From a virus, in IMG/VR virus record IMGVR_UViG_3300027754_003435: a stretch of 64,000 nucleotides of DNA, one strand, 5' to 3'. Positions within the stretch are counted from its first letter, which is position 1. Every line of letters starts with the position of its first letter. Shown here piece by piece: positions 20,123 to 26,656 of this stretch. The notes beneath the pieces are model-generated. The model was not told the origin of the DNA and did no database searches. It saw only the letters and a list, made by a program, of their open reading frames with translations. The position numbers and the translations under genes were made by a program.

Positions 20123-21142
20123 ATGAGTGCAACTTTAGTTGAATATGTATGGCTTGATGGTTACACGCCAGAACCTACTCTTCGTAGTAAAATCAGAGTT
20201 TCCGATGGAGGTTCATCAGAACAATGGTCATTTGATGGTAGTTCTACTAAACAAGCGGAAGGAAACTTTTCAGATTGCATTCTTAATCCAGTAAAACGCT
20301 ATCATGGAACTAATAGAAATGATAAGATATTTGTTTTATGTGAAGTTCTTAACTCAGATAGAACACCACATGAATCGAATGATAGACATAAACTGGATTT
20401 TTCCATATATTCCTCTTTAGATAATTCTGCGGAATCACCTTGGTTTGGATTTGAACAAGAATATTTTATACGGCAGGGACATAAAAAAAACATATTAGGT
20501 TTTGAATCAAATTATTCAACAGAAAAACAAGGCAAATATTATTGTGGTGTTGGAGGACTTATATTTGGAAGACACTTATCAGATGAACACCTTGAAATGT
20601 GTTTGAAATATGGTATAGGTATAGAAGGAACAAACGCTGAAGTTGCTGTTGGTCAATGGGAATATCAAATTTTCGGTAAAGATATTCTTACTGCATCGGA
20701 CGATTTGTGGATGTCTAGGTATTTCTTGTTCAAATTGGCAGAAAAATATGGTTATGATATAGAATTACACCCTAAACCACTACAAACTGGTGATTGGAAC
20801 GGCTCTGGACTACATACAAACTTCTCAACCCCAAGAATGCGTGATGTTGGTGGTGATGAATACTTTAATAAAATATTCAAACAATTTGATAAAGATAAAG
20901 AAATACACATTGCTAACTACGGTTCTGACAACCATTTACGTTTAACTGGCAAGTTTGAAACACAAGATATAAACAAATTTACGTGGGGTATTGCAGATAG
21001 GGGTGCTTCAATACGTATACCAACAGGAACAGCGGAAAATTGGTGTGGATATTTAGAAGATAGAAGGCCAGCTTCAAACGCTAATCCATATAAAGTTACT
21101 AAGGTAATATTGGATTCTATGTACGAAGTTGATAAAAAATAG
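20123..21142 (+). CDS. glnA: Glutamine synthetase type II
   Basis: WSFDGSST, NAEVAVGQWEYQI, DWNGSGLHTNFS, DRGASIRIP and YLEDRRPASN motifs. Confidence 0.95.
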   Translation: MSATLVEYVWLDGYTPEPTLRSKIRVSDGGSSEQWSFDGSSTKQAEGNFSDCILNPVKRYHGTNRNDKIFVLCEVLNSDRTPHESNDRHKLDFSIYSSLDNSAESPWFGFEQEYFIRQGHKKNILGFESNYSTEKQGKYYCGVGGLIFGRHLSDEHLEMCLKYGIGIEGTNAEVAVGQWEYQIFGKDILTASDDLWMSRYFLFKLAEKYGYDIELHPKPLQTGDWNGSGLHTNFSTPRMRDVGGDEYFNKIFKQFDKDKEIHIANYGSDNHLRLTGKFETQDINKFTWGIADRGASIRIPTGTAENWCGYLEDRRPASNANPYKVTKVILDSMYEVDKK

Positions 21143-21207
21143 GGAGATAGTAATTCTCAGGGAAACGGACGCTCTTTTACTTGGTTGTTGGGGCGTCCAT
21201 TTTTATT

Positions 21208-21762
21208 TTAATTTAATTCACGCATATAATCAGCTAGTTTAATATTCCATTTAACGTCGGGATATTTCATCGATAACTGTTTCACAGCCATTACATTAGG
21301 TCTTGCATCATCAATAAAGAACACGTCATTGTACCCTTGCTGTATTTTTGATTCTATCCAATCTGCTTTAGCTTGTGGGTCGGCAGAACCTACACCTACC
21401 ACTTCTATGTTATTTATACCGATTGTTTGTAAGAACTGTTTAATATCGTTTGCAGCAGCACCTTTACGAGCTGTTAATACCGTTATACGTCTCATACCAG
21501 TTGCTACGTATAATTTTCCAAGTATATTAGTTACTGACTTAATCTCTTGTGGACTTATTACTTGATTAAACTCAGAAAAGTCCAAGTTATCACCTGGTTG
21601 CTCACGATATATGGCAAACTCAGCCGGAGTTAATTTACTCATATTACCATGTCTATCGGTTAAAATAACCATAGATTTAGTCGTTGCAAGTGTGTCATCG
21701 AAATCAAATACTCTTAATTTCTTAGCTTCTTGCTCTTCTAGTAGTTCAGTTAATGTTATCAT
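21208..21762 (-). CDS. HAD-superfamily phosphatase with N-terminal tag
   Basis: FDFDDTL, VLTAR, K and FIDD motifs; start MITLTELLEE. Confidence 0.8.
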   Translation of the reverse strand: MITLTELLEEQEAKKLRVFDFDDTLATTKSMVILTDRHGNMSKLTPAEFAIYREQPGDNLDFSEFNQVISPQEIKSVTNILGKLYVATGMRRITVLTARKGAAANDIKQFLQTIGINNIEVVGVGSADPQAKADWIESKIQQGYNDVFFIDDARPNVMAVKQLSMKYPDVKWNIKLADYMRELN

Positions 21763-21823
21763 CTCGGTTTCTTCTCCCAACCTATTGACTTTCTATATTG
21801 TTCGTAGTTATTCATTGTCCAAT
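21756..21823. repeat. Direct repeat copy 1 (68 bp; pairs with 22380..22447)
   Basis: 63 of 68 positions identical by manual alignment. Confidence 0.95.
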
Positions 21824-22386
21824 CCTCCTGAAGTGCTTTTCATTGAGAGTATTTTTGTATTTAACGGATTGAATATAACAATTTCTTTTTCGCCATTTCC
21901 TATAATTCCATTAATACCAATATCATCCATCATTTCTGATAATTGTTTATCACTTATTGGAAAAATTCTTAGAATTTTATTATATAAATCTATACCGTTT
22001 TTAGAATCTTTTATGATATTATTAATGATAAATAACTTTTGCTCATTACTCATTCTTTCGCCTTTATTATCTACAATATCATTATTAATACTAAACATAT
22101 TTCTTACTTTATCTAAATTAGATTTACTTACCTTTTTATTATCAGATAAAAAATTTAAACGGTTTGGTATTTTTACGTTATATACATAACCACCTTTTGC
22201 ATAATGTGTAGCAAGATTTTTAATAGTTGTTAAATATATACCATAACCATATTCATCGCCACCCGTTTTTTTACCAACATCTTTTTTTAAATTATCAAAT
22301 TTATATGGTGAACCATGATAATAAATAATATCATTCATAATATTTTCGTTTAGATATTCTTTTAGTAGTTCTGATAATTTTATCAT
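21808..22386 (-). CDS. ADP-ribosyltransferase-like (ART-PolyVal-type) protein with N-terminal tag
   Basis: YYHGS...F...G...YGYGIYLT...A.HYA...E.VIF motifs; start MIKLSELLKE. Confidence 0.7.
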   Translation of the reverse strand: MIKLSELLKEYLNENIMNDIIYYHGSPYKFDNLKKDVGKKTGGDEYGYGIYLTTIKNLATHYAKGGYVYNVKIPNRLNFLSDNKKVSKSNLDKVRNMFSINNDIVDNKGERMSNEQKLFIINNIIKDSKNGIDLYNKILRIFPISDKQLSEMMDDIGINGIIGNGEKEIVIFNPLNTKILSMKSTSGGLDNE

Positions 22387-22447
22387 CTTGGTTTCTTCTC
22401 CCATCCTATTGACTTTCGATATTGTTCGTAGTTATTCATTACCCAAT
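22380..22447. repeat. Direct repeat copy 2 (68 bp; pairs with 21756..21823)
   Basis: 63 of 68 identical; covers the 3' end of the 314-aa gene and the next start codon. Confidence 0.95.
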
Positions 22448-23327
22448 TTACTATACTATTTGGATCATTATTGTATATTGCATTTGTTTGTATCAAGGGT
22501 TTTCCATCCTTTGAATGTATAGTATAAGTTTCCATTGCCTCATCAACAAACACAATATCTCTTGCGGTTTTACCATGAAATATAACTTGAAATTCTTGAT
22601 CTGAATGATGCCAACATCTTATGCCAGACGCACGGAATATTAAGAAAGTTCCATCACCGTACTTCAGTGCTTGGCCATCAACACCATATTTAGCAAAGTC
22701 TTCTGGTGTATAAGCAAAATTATACCCCTCACCTATCTTTTTACCTTGCAACCATGTTGTTAATCCTAATTTAGTTGGATCCGCAATACCCTTAATAAAA
22801 CCTTTTCTTGCCATCATCCGTCCGTCCATACGTGTTGTTCCATGAACTAACCATTGATTCTTTACCAATGTTGGTTCATGTAAATAAAACCATGACGGTA
22901 TGTCAGCTGGTTGTATACCAAAACCATCCATAAACGCCATAAACGATTGTTCTTCTGCATATATCTTGTCCATTAACCAATCAACGATTGCACCATACGA
23001 TACTGGATCTTTCTGTTTAAGTACATCCCATTTACGAAGCTCCAATGCTTGAGTATACAGTTGTATTTTAGGAACAGCGTTCGGATCCGCCCGTACGGGT
23101 TTATTTTGGTTGTGAATTTGAGGAGGGGTGAACCCAGGATTCGAGCGAAATTGGAATTTTGAATATAAATTTTGTGTTTTGATAAAATATTCATCAATTA
23201 TTTGTTTATATCCAATCATACCGACTATTTCATCCGCCATTTGTTCTGGTGTAGAATCTAAATACTTCCATAATGTAACAACATCGGTATCTACATATTC
23301 TTTTAGAAGGTCTTTTAGCTTAATCAT
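22383..23327 (-). CDS. ART-fold-like protein with N-terminal tag
   Basis: WLVHGT...GF...GYNFAY...YG...IF...DQEFQVIF; paralogous to 31252..31899; start MIKLKDLLKE. Confidence 0.55.
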   Translation of the reverse strand: MIKLKDLLKEYVDTDVVTLWKYLDSTPEQMADEIVGMIGYKQIIDEYFIKTQNLYSKFQFRSNPGFTPPQIHNQNKPVRADPNAVPKIQLYTQALELRKWDVLKQKDPVSYGAIVDWLMDKIYAEEQSFMAFMDGFGIQPADIPSWFYLHEPTLVKNQWLVHGTTRMDGRMMARKGFIKGIADPTKLGLTTWLQGKKIGEGYNFAYTPEDFAKYGVDGQALKYGDGTFLIFRASGIRCWHHSDQEFQVIFHGKTARDIVFVDEAMETYTIHSKDGKPLIQTNAIYNNDPNSIVNWVMNNYEQYRKSIGWEKKPR

Positions 23328-23958
23328 ATTTTTCCATATTATTTAAGTGAGAAGGTGAAGTGGCGAGTGAAGCAGCGGCACCACCCAACCCCATACTACT
23401 CTTATTAATTGTGTCGTTGCTGTTCCCTACGATTTTCGGTTTAGAAATCACTTTATCATTAAATATCACTAAAATGTCATCATTTACGTCATTTCTTACA
23501 CGTAATCCGTCTATTCCACACGAAAGCAGGAAATCAGATATTTTCTTAGGTTCTCTAACTTTAAGTATTCTACCAATAAAGTCATAGAACTCAGGAATAT
23601 CGTCAATTACCGTGTTCGGCCCCCATACTTGTACGTCCCATTTTTCTTCTAAATTAGGTGGTAATTCCACTCTATCTCGTATCATTCCATTATATATTTT
23701 ACGTAATTGGTCTTTAGAAACCTTTGCCCACATAATATCAGCCATATGTGGTATGTTTACTTCCATTATAACCGCACCAAATGACTTAGCTCTTTCCCAA
23801 TCTTTAATGAAATAAATACCCCATCCCCAATAAGAGTGTATTTTATCCCCACCTTTACCTACCTTATTATACGAGAATTTAGTCACAGGTTGAGCACTAC
23901 CATGATACCATATACCGTCGTTAGCCATTTCTTTTAATATGTCTTTTAATTTTATCAT
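23320..23958 (-). CDS. ADP-ribosyltransferase-like (ART-PolyVal-type) protein with N-terminal tag
   Basis: WYHGS...KF...G.GG...WGWGIYF...A..FG...ILVIFN motifs; start MIKLKDILKE. Confidence 0.7.
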   Translation of the reverse strand: MIKLKDILKEMANDGIWYHGSAQPVTKFSYNKVGKGGDKIHSYWGWGIYFIKDWERAKSFGAVIMEVNIPHMADIMWAKVSKDQLRKIYNGMIRDRVELPPNLEEKWDVQVWGPNTVIDDIPEFYDFIGRILKVREPKKISDFLLSCGIDGLRVRNDVNDDILVIFNDKVISKPKIVGNSNDTINKSSMGLGGAAASLATSPSHLNNMEKYD

Positions 23959-23960
23959 TT

Positions 23961-24323
23961 TCATTTTCGCATACGAAGTAAGGACAAATCGATAGTATCC
24001 CGAACATCTCGCTTTACAGCACCACGTTTTCCACCTCTAGTATGACCAACACTCACTTCTTTTCGTGTATGTGTGTCTTCGTGATCACTAGTTATGTTTC
24101 TATTGTATAAGAACGCCATTTCATACATTTGTTCATGTAGGAGTTTAACCTCGCCATTAACGTCTTTATACGATGTAATAGTAGTATCTACTGTTTGTTG
24201 TAGAGTCTGAATTGTCATTTTAGCGTAGTAATAGAAGCCGATCAGGGTGGAAAGCACCCCAATTATCATTCCTAATTGTGGCAGGGTTATTGTGAACTTC
24301 TTATTTGTTATATCTTCTGGCAC
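23961..24323 (-). CDS. Single-TM coiled-coil protein
   Basis: TM segment LGMIIGVLSTLIGFYYY followed by a heptad helix. Confidence 0.6.
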   Translation of the reverse strand: MPEDITNKKFTITLPQLGMIIGVLSTLIGFYYYAKMTIQTLQQTVDTTITSYKDVNGEVKLLHEQMYEMAFLYNRNITSDHEDTHTRKEVSVGHTRGGKRGAVKRDVRDTIDLSLLRMRK

Positions 24324-24435
24324 TTTATTTCTCTCTTTACACTATAGTTTTACACTACTATTAACATATATATAAATATATAAATACTATAATATTTATA
24401 CCTATATACATTTTAATGATTATCGAGAATGAGTT

Positions 24436-24591
24436 ATGAGATTGAATGAAGACATTACAGTAAATGGCAATTTAAGTCAGATAGATAATTCACCCCTATA
24501 CATGATAAACGACCTTATCTTCACGAGTGCTGGAGAATGGGAGAAATTAGTCCTTGTGGTGAATAAGCCCGCAACAGAAATAGATGAGTAA
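24436..24591 (+). CDS. Small hypothetical protein (51 aa)
   Basis: Manual ORF MRLNEDITVNGNLSQIDNSPLYMINDLIFTSAGEWEKLVLVVNKPATEIDE, followed by hairpins. Confidence 0.45.
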   Translation: MRLNEDITVNGNLSQIDNSPLYMINDLIFTSAGEWEKLVLVVNKPATEIDE

Positions 24592-24725
24592 TATTTACCC
24601 TTATATGTTGAACAAGAGTAAATATTTGGTATTTTTACTTGGACACTATGTCCAAGTTATTGTCCAAGTCACACAAACCAATGCGGATTTTAAAGTGGTC
24701 GAATTCCACCACTTTACTTTACCAT

Positions 24726-24794
24726 TTAATGCGGGATATATCATTCATTAAGTCTGTTTTATGGTGTTAATGCGTGATATAACATTCATTAAGT
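24726..24794 (+). repeat. Two 28-bp direct repeats at 41-bp period
   Basis: TTAATGCG(G/T)GATATA(T/A)CATTCATTAAGT at 24726 and 24767; a degenerate third copy ends near 24828. Confidence 0.9.
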
Positions 24795-24876
24795 GGGTGT
24801 ATGCCGAAGGGTATAAATTCATTTAAGTTTTTCTATAGTAAAAAAATTGACCTCGATAAAAAAACGGATGAGCGCG

Positions 24877-24934
24877 CCACCCCTCACCCCTACTCCCCCT
24901 GGCCATTTACGTTAAATTGGCCCACCCCCACCCC
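24877..24934 (-). other. Potential G-quadruplex
   Basis: Minus strand reads GGGG-T-GGGGG-T-GGG-...-GGGGG-AGTA-GGGG-TGA-GGGG. Confidence 0.6.
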
Positions 24935-25307
24935 AGTGATGATTATTGTATAAGCCCGTTTATTTACAATAACTTAGCTTCCCCCACCTACCCCTATATC
25001 CCTATTATTATTTCATTTGGTTATTAAATTATCTTTCGTATTTTTGCTGTCAGATTAAACCTGATATAGTTACTATGAAAGATAAATTTATTATATGTAC
25101 CGATGAAATAAATGATTTGGTTAGTATCTAATAATTCCGTATATTTGTAGTATAAGAAATGGGGAAGGAGATAACGGGTATATATAGAAACCGATTGAAA
25201 CAATCGTTTGGAAGTTATCTCAAAATTTCTTATATTTGTATTATAAATGATTGGTTGATATTTGAACACAGTAGAATGGAAGTAGACAGTAAGTCTCGTT
25301 AGTATAC

Positions 25308-26251
25308 TATAGTATATACTATATAGAAGCAGTAAGTTCTGAAGAGTTCTATTTCATTTCCCAATTTAAACGAGGGTAACTATATAGTAGTTATATAGTA
25401 TCCATATAGTATATACTTAACGGTAATACCAAGGGTAAATAAATCAAGGGTAATTACTTAGGGCAACCCTAATGATGTACAGTTAGTATAGTATATACTA
25501 TATACCAATAGAGAATAATGTGCGATGAAGTTACGGTTATAATCCGTCTAGTAGTCAATATCATTATTCTCTTTTTTTATTTCAACTCTATGCATGCGTA
25601 CACTTTTGGATACCCTAACACCTCATACATGGAAAACTAGTAATATAAGGCGTGCTGTTCAATGAGACAAGTGCGGCTTCCCACATTACAAATATAACGT
25701 ATATACATCCCATAATGAAATTAAATAAATAATTTGTTTAAAATGATAAATAAATTATATCGGAATAACCAAAGGATTTATTTAATTAATAATTTTTATA
25801 TTACAAAAATGCATATTTCATTAGGAAATTACAATGCGCGTAAGCCGTTGAGCTATATAGAGTTACAGAGATGGCAAATGGAAATGAGCGGGCTCACTCA
25901 GATTCACCACATCTTCCCACTTCAACCCACACCACACTATATATTACCCACAGTATAGATATACATTAACTGGACATTAACTATACACATACTATGTAAT
26001 AATATTTTATTATATGGTAACATGAATGGAGTGAAATTGTACAATAATAGTTATAGGAGTATATTGTGGGTAACATTATCATCACTTATATAGTATATAA
26101 ACATTTGGAGTATTAGAATGGAATCATTATATTTGCATTGGGAACGTATAGTATTCCTTATACTTACTATTGTATTCTCTATAGTATTCAATATTAGTTA
26201 TAAGAAAGATTGTTTAAGTTGTATTGAAGTAGTAGTAATAGTATATACTAT
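25308..26251. repeat. Cluster of (TA)TAGTATATACTA(TA) palindromes
   Basis: 16-bp copies at 25308 and 25487, a 14-bp copy at 26238 and a 10-bp core at 25408. Confidence 0.9.
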
Positions 26252-26315
26252 AGTACTGATATTATTTAGTGTACCGTTCGTTTTTTTGAAATGATTTTAG
26301 TTTGAGGAATTTGAT

Positions 26316-26627
26316 ATGAGTAATACAAGAGTAGTACTTACACAATGGAAGTCAACACATTGGGATGTACTTTGGAGCTATAACTTTACTAAGTTACAAT
26401 TGGATGAGTTAGATTCATATACTACTTCATTGGGAAGTAAGTTTAGCGAACCAACTCTATGGGGTTACGCATTCGGTAAAGATTATATTGAATCATTACT
26501 CTTGTTCTTAAAAGAGTATACTAATGATATAACTAACAAGGATGTGGAACTACTTAATAGTATAGTACACTTATTAGTACAATGTTACTACTATCCTACC
26601 GCGACTGTTATGAATGATGGCAAATGA
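26316..26627 (+). CDS. Hypothetical protein
   Basis: ORF track; GAGG RBS upstream. Confidence 0.6.
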   Translation: MSNTRVVLTQWKSTHWDVLWSYNFTKLQLDELDSYTTSLGSKFSEPTLWGYAFGKDYIESLLLFLKEYTNDITNKDVELLNSIVHLLVQCYYYPTATVMNDGK

Positions 26628-26656
26628 ATAATTTAATTTATATTGGGATTAATGTA

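Larger units (their letters stand above)
24592..26315. other. About 1.7-kb region without convincing genes at a strand switch; candidate origin, terminus or ncRNA locus
   Basis: Contains direct repeats, hairpins, C/G tracts, repeated palindromes and promoters not followed by ORFs. Confidence 0.6.

Noticed and set aside
24726-24828. 28-bp repeats as a mini CRISPR array
   Set aside because: Only two good copies, a 13-bp spacer, no palindromic repeat structure and no cas operon.
25024-25958. ORFs 25024..25269 and 25734..25958 as genes
   Set aside because: Low-complexity Ile/Asn/Tyr-rich translations with no recognisable motif; they overlap promoter and repeat elements.
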